A stretch of DNA of 63,572 bases, the filler included, from Octopus bimaculoides (lineage: Eukaryota): assembly GCF_001194135.2 (NCBI RefSeq). It is 7 parts of 7 records of this genome, joined end to end, with 100 filler letters (N's around TTAATTAATTAA, not from the genome) between each part and the next. Parts side by side here need not be neighbours in the genome. Positions count along the whole stretch, not along the records: positions 8,368 to 21,758 come from NC_068984.1; positions 21,859 to 43,533 come from NC_068996.1; 5 more parts are not named here. One strand, 5' to 3'. Shown here one piece after another: positions 12,830 to 25,380 of this stretch. Under the pieces are notes generated by a model, which saw only the letters and a list, made by a program, of their open reading frames with translations, was not told the DNA's origin and searched no databases. Both the position numbers and the translations under genes were made by a program. Within the stretch, counting starts at the first letter, position 1; every line of letters begins with the position of its first letter.

Positions 12830-15378
12830 AACTACTATAACTGTTGTAGAAAAACTGGTGACTACCAATAAAAACCGTTATATTAGTAAACACATTCTCA
12901 TTTGTATTTGCGCGCATGCGCGTGTGTGTACATATATGTAAGGGTAATGTTGTCCATTTGTCTTTATCGTACGATACACATTCGATGCTTTTAAAAAAAC
13001 AAATGTGATGTGTTACTGAATGCATACACTTGGTATTTAGTGCTAATGGCTTCGTAATTTTAGGGTAATTATTCAGAATCCTGTGATAACGATTTTCTGA
13101 GGATACCATGAAATACAATGGACTGACTGTGGCCTTTCTGCATCTCATTCCTTGGATTTTTAATGGAGTTTCTGTGTCTATCAGCTTTTGTTTCCTTATA
13201 TCTACCATTAAATGATAGCGTGCCAGAAAATCCGCCCCTAATATTGGGTAAGGCAAATCCGCTACTATGAAGATCCACTTATATTCTCTTCGTAAATTTA
13301 AATTCAGTGTTAAACTAATCTCTCCAAATGTTCGGATTTCAGACTGATTAACTGCTTGAAGGGTCAAATAAACAGGTTTTGGTTTCTCTTTCAAAAGTTT
13401 TACAGGCCAAATTGAACAGGCTACTCCTGTATCTAACGAAAACCGGATCTATTTCAAAACGGGGGCACCAGTTTTCATTTATGTTTTATGTAGTGTTTTT
13501 GGTACCGAAAGACTTTCAAACTTCGTATACTTATCTATTTTGTGTTATAGAACAGAAAAATAATTTTTGTATTCGAATTTATTTCATGTAAAAAATTGTC
13601 TTATTTCGATAATTTCTACTAATCACTGACGTCTATTCAGTTGAAAACAGTTAGCGCTGTAACGGTGTATATCGTATTAATCCCCTAACCCTAACCCTAA
13701 AACTAACCCTAACTCTAGAATCCGAACTCTAAAATTGTTACACACATAGATACGCACAGCGTAATTTATTATATAAACAGTATATGCGTATAAATTACGA
13801 TTAAACCGGATGAAATATGTCACAGGGAATAACATTTTTATGACCGCCCAGCAGTAACTCTATTNNNNNNNNNNNNNNNNNNNNNNNNNNNNNNNNNNNN
13901 NNNNNNNNNNNNNNNNNNNNNNNNNNNNNNNNNNNNNNNNNNNNNNNNNNNNNNNNNNNNNNNNNNNNNNGAAGACTAAGAGTAAAAGATGTTTTATATG
14001 ACACATTCTACCAGTGTCCCAAGTTTCAAAGTGTTTCGTTAGTGTTTCGTTAAGAAAATACTGGTGCACCCGTTTTGAAATAGATCCCGAAAACCTTTCT
14101 TTCGAGTTCGTGTCAAAAACGAAAAATACGCGACTTTTAATGAAGCTGTCTACAGATTTCGTCGCATCTAATCTGTGGCTGAGAAGTTTCCCGAATTTTG
14201 TTGTTGTTTAGAAGATTAAATGCACATGGCTTAATACACTTGAATGATCTGTCACCAAATTTTGCATGATACCAAAATATGGCGTTTCTTTTGGAACTTG
14301 GACTTTGTGATCTCTTTCGCCATCTTGCGTAGTTTCTTTTAGTAGAGCGACTGTCTTTTTCGAGTTGAAGACTTTCGATTTTCTTCGTCAACAACTCGAA
14401 TTGTTTCTCGTAACTTTCTTTCAATGCCTGTATTTCGGTAGAAATAGATGGGAATGTATTCACTGACTCTCTAGATGAAAATTCCAAAATGCCATCCGCC
14501 AAATCTGTCAATTGTTGAAAAGAGTTTTGATTCTTAACAGCCGAAAGCAAAGTTTGCATCTTGTAAAGCAATTTAGTAAAAAGAAAACCTCTTTGAGGTA
14601 GGGTTCTTCTATTTGTTGATTCCCAAGAAGTTCGTTCATTCTCCGAAGAAGTTGTGTTGGTTTCTTATTGCCTAATTCTTCATTATTAAATTCCTTGTTT
14701 TGAATTTGAAGTTCTTTTTAAGATTTATTCCTTTATAGAAGAATATGAAACTGGCTCGATAGGATTTAAAAATAAATCTCTAATCTCATTGCTTAGAGGT
14801 GCAGGTAAATTACTCATCATTATATTATATTTTTGCTCTTCCTCTGTTACACGATTTGCTTTAAAGCTTGCTTCCAGTTGTGCCAACCAGATGATTGTGT
14901 CTCCAGTCCATGGAGGAGAAGGTAATATATTTACCGAAGCTTGTGTATAACTCCTATCGAAATATGACATCACAAATTCTTTTAAATTCTGCTCCATCTA
15001 TGTCTATAAAAATTTTCTCAAAAGAAAAAAATTACGTTATGTTATTAAGCTTTCAACAGCTCTAAATATAATTTTTATATTGCTAGAAAGTGCAGTTAAA
15101 ATATTTTTCTATAGTTTCTTTCTTCAGCGTTCTTCTTTCCACAACCTTACTTTTAACTATTTCTGTTAATAAAATTTTATGCAATAAATCTGTAATCTCT
15201 CTTTATTATATTATAAAATTTTTCACCAGTTTGTCGGTGTTTACCACTTTTTAGATTTGTTTTTGTTATTTTTTATAAGTTGTTTGCTACTTTGTTTTTT
15301 TATAAGCATCGGGCGTCGCCAGTTTTATAACGGTTTTGTTTGGTAGTCACCAGTTTTTCTACAACAGTTATAGTAGTT
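12830..15378 (-). mobile_element. Ty3/gypsy LTR-retrotransposon fragment (gag, zinc knuckle, aspartic protease), no RT or integrase
   Basis: 14725..14997 WLAQLEASFKANRVTEEEQKYN (gag); 14137..14571 WYHAKFGDRSFKCIKPCAF (knuckle); 12828..13394 LQAVNQSEIRTFG..LNLNLRREYKWIFIVADLPYPILGADFL (protease). PBS-like TGGTGAC/TGGCGAC near 15315-15350. An unrelated insert and a gap interrupt it at about 13400-14100. Confidence 0.88.
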
Positions 15379-15700
15379 GGGGTTAGTAGCCCGCGCTCTT
15401 AACCACTACACCCACGGGCATATAGCGTAGTGGTTAAGAGCACGGGCTACTAACCCCAAGATTCCGAGTTCGATTCCAGGCAGTGACCTGAATAATAATC
15501 ATAATAATAATGATAATAATAACAACAACAACAACATCGAAAAATACTTTAGGAATGAGAACCCAGGTTCGAAATTTCCCCAAGAAACCTGATGAATGCT
15601 GGAGGGCATATCAGCCAGAAACATTGTGGACAAATATCCGTCAAATGTAAATAATGTAAATAATGTACATAATTCTTCAACTCTTAAATATAGAAGTATG
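15379..15700 (+). mobile_element. tRNA-headed non-autonomous retroelement with (AAT)n linker and degenerate hammerhead core
   Basis: Head 15416-15490 has A-box tagcgtagtggttaagagc and B-box gagttcgattcc. CTGATGA at 15589, GCTG/CAGC stem, GAAAC at 15618. A 31-bp inverted copy of the head lies at 15379-15409. Confidence 0.65.
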
Positions 15701-16339
15701 GTAGTGATGAGGCGAACCCCACGCTCACCCAGTTCCCATCCAAGCCCATTTTGCCACACCCTTCCCCTGCAACCACCGGTCCTCCCCCTACCCCGGATGA
15801 CAGAAAAAAACTTGCATGCACTCACAGGTGTCCCCAAACTCCCAAAAATAAAAAAAATAAAATAAGAAAACAAAGAATAAAAAAAGAAAACAAAGTAACA
15901 AAATTATTAATTTTTATGAACTAATGAATTGTTAACTAATGAACTGTTAACCGAAATCAACAGTTTGGAAAGTGCGAAGTTGGTAAATGCTTGGTAAATG
16001 CATTTGGGATGTGCGATAATCGATACAACAGATAAAATGAAATTGGAGAATTATATGAGAAAGTGAAATACTTCGAAATCAAAATGGACAAAAAAGAAAT
16101 ACCATATATGATAAGTGCCGAAAGTTTAAAATTAGACTTTAATATTAACGTTTCCGATTTTTGTAAAAAGTAATCAAAAGTGAAATGATGGCGCCCGGAT
16201 GTGGGACCGAGTGTCATCATTACATCTTTCATTTTTCCATTTCACCCTTTCATCCGTTTTCACCTGCCCACATGTTTGTATTGTCTTGTATTGTCCCCTC
16301 TGTATTTCGCCCCTTGTGTTACCCCAGGGAAAAGAATTC

Positions 16340-16550
16340 AGAATCGTTAGCACGACGGGCGAAATGCTTAGCGGTATTTCGTTTGCCGTTGCGTTCAGAG
16401 TTCAAATACCGCGGAAGTCAACTTTGCCTTTCATCCTTTCAGGGTCGATTAAATAAGTACCAGTCACGCACTGGGGTCGATCTAATCGACTTAATCCCCT
16501 TGTCTTTGTTTGTCCCCTCTATGTTTAGCATCTTGTGGGCAATAAAGAAA
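16340..16550 (+). mobile_element. SINE
   Basis: Same family as 8893-9110. Confidence 0.8.
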
Positions 16551-16709
16551 TACCATATAAGTGATGCCAATAATCTGTCTGCTGTCACTATGTGGTCCGA
16601 CCAATATAATCACAGACGTCGATTTGAGATAAAAAATAAACACATTGTGTAAACTAGCTAACGGAAGCCTAAATACTCATGCCAAGAACACATTTTAGAT
16701 TTCTGAGGT

Positions 16710-17045
16710 GCATGGATCAGTGACTAGAGCGTCGGGCTCACCATCATGAGGTAGTGAGTTCGATCCCTGGACCGAGCTGTGTGCTGTGTTCTTGAGCAAG
16801 ACACTTTATTTCGCGTTGCTCCAGTTCACTCAGCTGTAGAAATGAGTTGCGATGTCACTGGTGCCAAGCTGTATCAGCCTTTGCTTTTCCCTGGGATAAC
16901 ATTGGTGGCGTGGAGAGTGGAGGCTGGTATGCATGGGCGACTGCTGGTCTTACATAATCAATTTTTCCCGGACTTGTTCCTCAAACAGGGACTTCCTTGG
17001 TGCAACCTCATGGTCATTCATGACCGAAGGGGACCTTTACCCTTT
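16710..17045 (+). mobile_element. tRNA-derived SINE
   Basis: Head catggatcagtgactagagcgtcgggctcacc...gagttcgatccctgg, with the body shared with 9530-9850. Confidence 0.75.
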
Positions 17046-17264
17046 TAAACTATCTCCACTCTGTCTCCGAACATCCGATGATGAGCACGGGTCCTACGGC
17101 CACAAAACATTAAGTTATGTGGCGCTGAGTAAAAAAGAAAACATAAAATACATGTAACTCTAACTAAATGCATTGAGTACTACTTTCTGTCGTTTATTCA
17201 CTCACTCTTATCCACACACATACGTATACACCTATTTATATATACACAGGCAAAGGTGGAAGCA

Positions 17265-17330
<66 letters not shown>

Positions 17331-17879
17331 GCCTTCCTGCTATAGGCAAAAGATCTGATATGTATGCCTGTATGTATGTATGTATGTATGTATGTATGTA
17401 TGTATGTATATATATAACAAAAATCAAAGCGGATGATAGATTTTCGTAGGTCGACTCCCTTTATCATAGGAATACAAATTACATAAGAAATTCGTCAAGA
17501 TGATATGCTTCAAGCGCTCCAATATTACAATCCAAAGAAAAGCAGTATGACGAAACCTGACGATCGTTTCATGGATGCATTTGTATTGGGAAATTTTTCC
17601 AGCCGATACAAATAGTCGCATTTCTCTCATCAAGGTTAAAAAATAAATCGATCAAAATAGTTTAAAAATTGAGAAAGCTTAAAATGTCTCCTACTTACAG
17701 AGATTGAAGTATTATCGAGTAATGTTATATTCTTTAAAAAATGTTATAGCATTTATAAAAAAGTTCGCAAGGATATAGAAAGGCTCTGTAAATTGAAAAA
17801 AGTTGTGAAGTAAAACATTTGTTCGAACGAAAAAGAAATTTTAAAAAATTTGTAAAGACAAAATAAAATGAGAACTCAA

Positions 17880-18350
17880 ATGTCGGATTTAGCCTGGTTA
17901 TCCATATTAAGTCAGTTTGATTGCTGATAATTAAAGATAGGAAATAAATAATTAAAATAAGGTGAATCCATATATGCAGAATGTTAGTGGTAACAGTCTA
18001 AAAGTTTACATGATGTTTGTGATTTACAATTTAAAACGATGGTTAACTACGGGGTTGTTTCCGTTATGATCGTCTAGTCTAATCTAAATTTCTTATCTCG
18101 CATTTTTAGCTTGTTAATATATGTAGCCAGCGCTGTTGCGTTTTTTGTTCCTGGGTTCGAGAATGAGCTGATGTGTCCTCTATATCTCATTTTGAAATCT
18201 GTGGTACTTCCTATGTATACTTTCTTAGGTTGATTGGCAGTTAAGACCCCAGTCTTGCATACCACGCTTTTCTTTAGAGAGGAACCCCACTAATAGACAT
18301 AAATTGCGGTTCCGACAATTTCAGGCTTTATTTCGGTTGCTCATCCCTGT
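17880..18350 (-). mobile_element. Penelope-like element, GIY-YIG endonuclease fragment
   Basis: ORF 18074..18265 KVYIGSTTDFKMRYRGHISSF...TALATYI has the YIG, R and H pattern of PLE endonucleases. Confidence 0.8.
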
Positions 18351-18357
18351 GCGTTCT

Positions 18358-18421
<64 letters not shown>

Positions 18422-18939
18422 ATATCTATATAGTTATATTTTTGCTTATCATAAAGGTGGCGCTGTAAAGTGTTCAGGTANNNNNNNNNNNNNNNNNNNN
18501 NNNNNNNNNNNNNNNNNNNNNNNNNNNNNNNNNNNNNNNNNNNNNNNNNNNNNNNNNNNNNNNNNNNNNNTGTGTGTATGTATTGTATTTAAAAGCAGAG
18601 TTCAAGTAAGTTCAACAAGTTAGATTAATAGTTTAACATATTCAGCCAAAAACTGGTATATGCAAATTATTAAAATATAAAAAAAAATGTAAGACGATAT
18701 TTTCAATATAAACCTTTTAAGATGCTAATATATTTTTATACATCACTATAGTTTTTTTTTTTTTACCCATATATGTATATTACATTTTTATATATTTACG
18801 TATCTGTAAATTCTTAATATCTTTCTAATATTTTAATGATTGATACATCAAATATATTTTGATAGTTTGCATACACCGGTTTTTGACTGAGTATGTTAAG
18901 TTATTAATCTAAATTATCGAACGTATTTGAATTTTCCTT

Positions 18940-19810
18940 TGAAACAGAATGCAGCTCTTCCACTCCTATTACATGAAACCCATAGCTTCGAAATACGTTG
19001 TTCACAAGAACTCAGACTTAGAATATGAACAACGTGTCCCCTCTATGCAAAACCTATGAAACAAAGAAACATGTACAGAACTTCATGCACCACATTCAGT
19101 TCTCTGGATATGATCAGAAAGATAGGGTTCGGGTATACAGGGGTGCTAGAAAGAAGTTAGATAACATCATATGAAATGAAACCAGTGGTACCTGCCCTAG
19201 ATATAGAAGGAAAGACTGGAATAGAATACAAAGAGTTTGTGACAAAGCAAACAAGATGAACACGCGGTGCAAGACCGACAAATATCAAGGAGTGATGTTT
19301 GTAGAGGCCACAACCCATGGAGAATAAGCCTGGAGATTTAGGATTTCTCTGAAGGAGGCCAAACTCAACATTAAGAACGTTGAAAAGCCAGGAAGCTCCA
19401 TTAGGTCACAACCATGTAGGACGTACCCTTTTGAGAGTACCACATGCACCAATGATAACTACATGGTATGTAGGATTAATCCTGGAATTAACTGTAGAAC
19501 TAGAAATGTAGTCTACAGCATAAGGTACATGGGTATTTGTAAAGATAAGAACATGATATACATTGGTGAGACATCAAGAAGTATTGCGAAAAGACTATAT
19601 GAGCATTTGAGATAATATGTCGACAAAAAAAAAAAACAGTCCACCATACTCTACCAGCATGCCAAAGACCAACATGGAGGCAAACTAGGTCAACTTGACA
19701 TCTGCATTTTATCCAAGCAGCCGAAGGACCCAATACTCAGACAAATACGGGAGTGAGTCCTCATAAATGAAACAACTCCAGTACTAAATAGGAAATATAC
19801 GTAGTGGCTA
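18940..19810 (+). mobile_element. Penelope-like element, RT C-terminus plus GIY-YIG, degenerate
   Basis: Broken frames read NCRTRNVVYSIRYMGICKDKNMIYIGETSRSIAKRLYEHL...LYQHAKDQHGG...DPILRQIRE. Confidence 0.8.
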
Positions 19811-20669
19811 TCCATACCCCTATACCCACAGTTTATATATATATATATNNNNNNNNNNNNNNNNNNNNNNNNNNNNNNNNNNNNNNNNNNNNNNNNNNNN
19901 NNNNNNNNNNNNNNNNNNNNNNNNNNNNNNNNNNNNNNNNNNNNNNNNNNNNNNNNNNNNNNNNNNNNNNNNNNNNNNNNNNNNNNNNNNNNNNNNNNNN
20001 NNNNNNNNNNNNNNNNNNNNNNNNNNNNNNNNNNNNNNNNNNNNNNNNNNNNNNNNNNNNNNNNNNNNNNNNNNNNNNNNNNNNNNNNNNNNNNNNNNNN
20101 NNNNNNNNNNNNNNNNNNNNNNNNNNNNNNNNNNNNNNNNNNNNNNNNNNNNNNNNNNNNNNNNNNNNNNNNNNNNNNNNNNNNNNNNNNNNNNNNNNNN
20201 NNNNNNNNNNNNNNNNNNNNNNNNNNNNNNNNNNNNNNNNNNNNNNNNNNNNNNNNNNNNNNNNNNNNNNNNNNNNNNNNNNNNNNNNNNNNNNNNNNNN
20301 NNNNNNNNNNNNNNNNNNNNNNNNNNNNNNNNNNNNNNNNNNNNNNNNNNNNNNNNNNNNNNNNNNNNNNNNNNNNNNNNNNNNNNNNNNNNNNNNNNNN
20401 NNNNNNNNNNNNNNNNNNNNNNNNNNNNNNNNNNNNNNNNNNNNNNNNNNNNNNNNNNNNNNNNNNNNNNNNNNNNNNNNNNNNNNNNNNNNNNNNNNNN
20501 NNNNNNNNNNNNNNNNNNNNNNNNNNNNNNNNNNNNNNNNNNNNNNNNNNNNNNNNNNNNNNNNNNNNNNNNNNNNNNNNNNNNNNNNNNNNNNNNNNNN
20601 NNNNNNNNNNNNNNNNNNNNNNNNNNNNNNNNNNNNNNNNNNNNNNNNNNNNNNNNNNNNNNNNNNNNN

Positions 20670-20708
<39 letters not shown>

Positions 20709-20838
20709 AGTGTGTGTGTGTGTGTGTATGTATGTATGTCTGTTTGTGTGTATGAATATGCCTGTATATATATCTCTACGAATATATATTTATACATATA
20801 TATATGCTTACATATGTATATAAATATATACGTGTGTG

Positions 20839-20909
<71 letters not shown>

Positions 20910-21687
20910 GTAGCTGTATGCAAGCATAACCATACATCGTATATATGGAGATATTTGTAGACAGTATAAAAATATATTCACTTAAACTTTAAGTAACGTT
21001 TCTTTGTAAATATATTTTAAGTTTTTATGTAAAAAAAAAGCATACAGAAATGTAATTTAGATACCAATGTGCGCACGCGTTAAAGCGTGTGCATGTGTGT
21101 GTGTTTGTGTGTATGTGTGTATGTGTGTCTGTATGCATGCGCATATCGATGCATGTACACACCTATGCTAACTACAAGGTTTACACGAAGGCAATTAATG
21201 ACGTCAGAATCGGCAACAGTCGTATGTCTCCGATAAAGTTTTCAGCTCTTGCATTGCAGAGAATAGTTGGCAACCGGCATGTCGCTATATCACGATGCAA
21301 CATTTCAGCAAGCTTCGCAATTCTTGGATCATTTTGAATATTTGGAATCGATACGATTAAAAGAAATGGTACGTGTTCATATTTCTTCTTTTTATTTATT
21401 TTTTTTTCTAAACTGGTTTAACTTTTATTGTTTATGAATTTATATATTTTAAAAGAATTATTTTCATTTTAAATTTGAAGGGATTAAACATACGGAAAGA
21501 AAGGAGGGTTACTGTAAAAGGAAAATAAAAGTTAGCCCGCGACTTAAAATGAAAACCCCTTGCCTTGGTTTAGAGTTCTTTCTATTTTCATGATCCCATT
21601 TGACTTCTGATTGCTTGTCTCTCCTTTTCCTGCTCTCTGTATGCATGCATGTATGTATGTATGTATGTATGTATGTATGTATGTATG

Positions 21688-21758
<71 letters not shown>

Positions 21759-21858
21759 NNNNNNNNNNNNNNNNNNNNNNNNNNNNNNNNNNNNNNNNNN
21801 NNTTAATTAATTAANNNNNNNNNNNNNNNNNNNNNNNNNNNNNNNNNNNNNNNNNNNN

Positions 21859-22095
21859 GTGCCTTAGGTATAATAAAAAAATATTCAGACAAATACATAA
21901 CAAAAACACCAGGACTTACAAATATATATAACATACAGAAAATTGCACTACTGGGTACTGCACACATTCTACGCAAAACACTTTCAATACAGTAAACATA
22001 AGAGCACCACAGCAAACCACAGCACATACCCAAGGCGCACAGAGCTACGCTCGGTAGTGAAGTGAAAGCACGTTATAAAAATAAAACTACTGAAC
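21859..22095 (+). mobile_element. R4/Dong-like non-LTR retrotransposon 3' end with (AAT)n tail
   Basis: ALGIIKKYSDKYITKTPGLTNIYNIQKIALLGTAHILRKTLSIQ* followed by a short UTR and (AAT)n. Confidence 0.8.
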
Positions 22096-22130
<35 letters not shown>

Positions 22131-22227
22131 TAATAAGAGCAGCAACAACAACAATGACAAAATAATAATGAATGTTTAAAAGAACGCTTATGAAAACGAA
22201 ATTATTTCAGTATTTTGAACGATATTG

Positions 22228-22258
<31 letters not shown>

Positions 22259-22510
22259 CCACAGCAACAGCAGCAACAACAACAACAACAACCACAGCAA
22301 CAGCAACAACAGCAACACTCGCTCACAGACAAATATGTTACATAATTGACAGAGCGGTAGTGTTTGAGTCGCCAGTTTTTTGCTCTTTCGTTACACTGGT
22401 GCAATTGTAAATTTGACAAGGCTCTCAGAAAAAAGAATGACTGAGGGGAATTGTGTAAAAGCAGACATTATTTCTTAGCTCGGAACCAATCAGAGAGAGG
22501 GAGAGAGAAG

Positions 22511-22645
<135 letters not shown>

Positions 22646-24799
22646 AACATATTTGTGCTTTAAGAAGTATGGCTGATGTTCCAAACAGCAGCCGGAAGAA
22701 GCACTACATAAAACATCGGGAGATGTTCTCTCGGTTGTGTGTGACTCGGATGCGCTGGTTAAGGACTACGAAACCGTTTGCTGTGTTTTCAGAATCAAAA
22801 GCTGAGCTTAAACAGAGGCTGAAATAGTCAAACAAATCTTTGTTCATAGATAATATTTGAGAAAGAGGAAATAGACGGATATCAATTAGAGACACTAGAA
22901 ACGGTATGAACTGATCGTCACCATTGAATCACTGCGGATCGAGCAGGAATGTCGAAAGACATGCAATTGGGGGAAGTCAGGACGGATTTGCAATTCCTAG
23001 GCCTTTTAAGCTGCACTCTCGGTCTTATCCCTTTCAGTATGGCCATCAAACTATGCAAAAGCTGGGCTTAGATGAGAGCACTGCAATAAAGGGGATAAGA
23101 CTGATAGTGCTGAGTAAAAGGGTTAGTTTTGGGCATAAATCAAAAGCCCCAGTAAATCCCCCTATTTGAGGGACTTGTTGCGTTGAAGAAGTTGATGAGA
23201 AAAGCAGAGGAGAGGAAAAACAGTTGAGAGTAGCCCGGCGATGGATTAACCATTAAGTAAAATAACCACGTGCTTATAGCACCAAGGTAAGATGAGTGGG
23301 TGGTGGTGGGGTACCACAGAAATGGTAAATGGTTTACGGCATCAAAGAAATCATTTTAAAACTTGCTAAAATAATACTCGAAATGGTTTATATGATCGGA
23401 AATATAGTTTCGAAGTGTTTATGGTGTCATAGTGAGGATCTGATCAAAGATTTTGCAATTAAAAACAGGAGAAAACTTTTCAGATACAAATAAATTGGAA
23501 ATTTTAAAAAGTAGACATTATTTTCTGTCTCACTGTTAGCTTTGTTTCATTTTGAAAAATAAAAATTTATTTTATGGTTTATTATTGTTTATATTGTGAA
23601 TTACACACACACACACACATACACAGGTGGCGGGGTTGGGACATAAAATTCCTTTAAGTGCTTAGGGTCTTAATCCGGCCCTGGTCTTAATTGGTCTTAA
23701 TCCGGCCCTGGAATATCCAATGCAGCAACGAAATCAACGGGTTCCAGTTTCCAAAGTCTGATCACTTACAGTTTCTGAAACGGCAGCGGCGGTCACGTGT
23801 TCGGTTCAGGAAATAAGGGAGCAGNNNNNNNNNNNNNNNNNNNNNNNNNNNNNNNNNNNNNNNNNNNNNNNNNNNNNNNNNNNNNNNNNNNNNNNNNNNN
23901 NNNNNNNNNNNNNNNNNNNNNNNNNNNNNNNNNNNNNNNNNNNNNNNNNNNNNNNNNNNNNNNNNNNNNNNNNNNNNNNNNNNNNNNNNNNNNNNNNNNN
24001 NNNNNNNNNNNNNNNNNNNNNAATAGAAAACAATAAAAATAGTAAAAAAGCGTTGAAGCATTTCTTCAGAACAATTATGATGCACATTTTGGGAAAGATG
24101 AACTGAATTTTGACTGTTATTCCAAATACTAAAATAAGATTTAATAGAGACAATCACACATTTGTGGTGCTGCGAATATAAAAGAGACGTGTTGATTACT
24201 GAAATACAGCTCAGAATGGAATTTAGGAAACACTCGAAGGGTAGGTAAAGGCTGGTAAAACTAGTAGAGACTTCATTACAATGAGCTGAAAATAATGTAT
24301 TCTAAAGAGAGGCTGCTATCTACGCAAGCCAATTTTAAAAAATGCTAACAGATAACGGCTTTTTCCGTTTGAGTTCAAATGCTATCGATCTGAAGTGTTC
24401 CTTTGATTCTTAGGTGTCGATATAAACGAAGTTCAGCACTAGGGTCGATGTAATCGACTCCCCACACTCAAAATGCATGTCCTTGTGCCAAATTTAGAAA
24501 GAGTTATTGTGATTGATTGCTGACCTATTCAGACACGATTTTTGCCTTGCTCTTCGAAGCCTTCGATTTCATTAATCTTAAAGGACGATCTTTAGAACAT
24601 GGAAGAAAAGTCATTGGTCTTCGACGTGAGTAGCAGTCAAAGTGATTCTGTGAAAATGAGGGCTGTTATGTTCCAACGGGCACATTTTGCTCGTTAGTAT
24701 CAGTTGGTGACTTTGGTGCTCACCAAGATCTGGTGGGACTAACACTCAAGAAGGATGGGGGCTCTCTTAAATTTGCTGTTGCTGGTTTTTATTTTGGCA

Positions 24800-24985
24800 T
24801 AAACTTATTTGGCATATCTAAGCCTGCATTCAGACCTTTCATCGGCTGAACAAATGTTGGTAGACCTGTTCTACTAACAAAAACCCAAGGTCGCAGGAAT
24901 CGTGTTGGGACGATATCAATTGCTGAGAGTGATTGTACAGGTTCTAGCAATCTCATGAGACGGATTATGTAGAATGCCGGTTTGC
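24800..24985 (-). repeat. Interspersed repeat; second copy at about 32715-32890 (+)
   Basis: The reverse complement aligns with ccgtctcataaggttgctagaacct...aacatttgttcag...aaaggtctgaatg. Confidence 0.7.
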
Positions 24986-24988
24986 GCG

Positions 24989-25380
24989 ATTACCTTAGGT
25001 TTCCCCTTCGTAAAAGGTTTAGCTTTATGGCGTATCGTCAGATCCCAAAACCTATTGGCCCAAAATGTCTTACGCCGTAAAGCTAAACGATGCGCCATAA
25101 AACTAAACTCTTTATGGAGGGGAAACCTAAGGTAATACCATAAACTGGCCTTCCCCATTTTTAATATGTATATCGTTTGTAGAAAACATAAATCTGGAGC
25201 AGAAGCACCCTCTAAGATGTAGAATATTATATATTAAAAGTGGGGAAGGCCGGTTTATTGGATTGGACGGGAAACCTAATGTAATCCCATAAACCGGCCA
25301 TCCCAATTTTTAATATATACTTTTCTACATCTTAGAGTATGTTTCTTCTTTCAGATTTATGATTTTTACAGATGATATAT
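24989..25380. mobile_element. Nested palindromic MITE-like cluster
   Basis: attaccttaggtttcccct pairs with aggggaaacctaaggtaat (24989-25136), and ccataaactggccttcccc with ggggaaggccggtttattgg. A third arm runs to about 25380. Confidence 0.7.

Noticed and set aside
13683-13712. Short (TAACCC)n telomere-like motif (also at about 58866)
   Set aside because: Only 2-4 imperfect units inside repeat-like sequence; not a telomeric array.
15416-15490. Possible tRNA-Ser gene
   Set aside because: A and B boxes are present but the acceptor stem does not pair; it is a retroelement head. The same applies to tRNA-like heads at about 16710, 44010 and 48129.
18315-18350. Minus-strand gGATGAG-caacc-GAAA mini-hammerhead-like motif next to the GIY-YIG fragment
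   Set aside because: The core lacks the invariant CU of CUGAUGA and the stems are not supported.
21175-21320. Minus-strand frame ending ...LCNARAENFIGDIRLLPILTSLIAFV*, resembling a Ly6 GPI tail
   Set aside because: It lacks the CC of CCxxxxCN, has only a weak acceptor, and sits on a different assembled piece from the LU exons.
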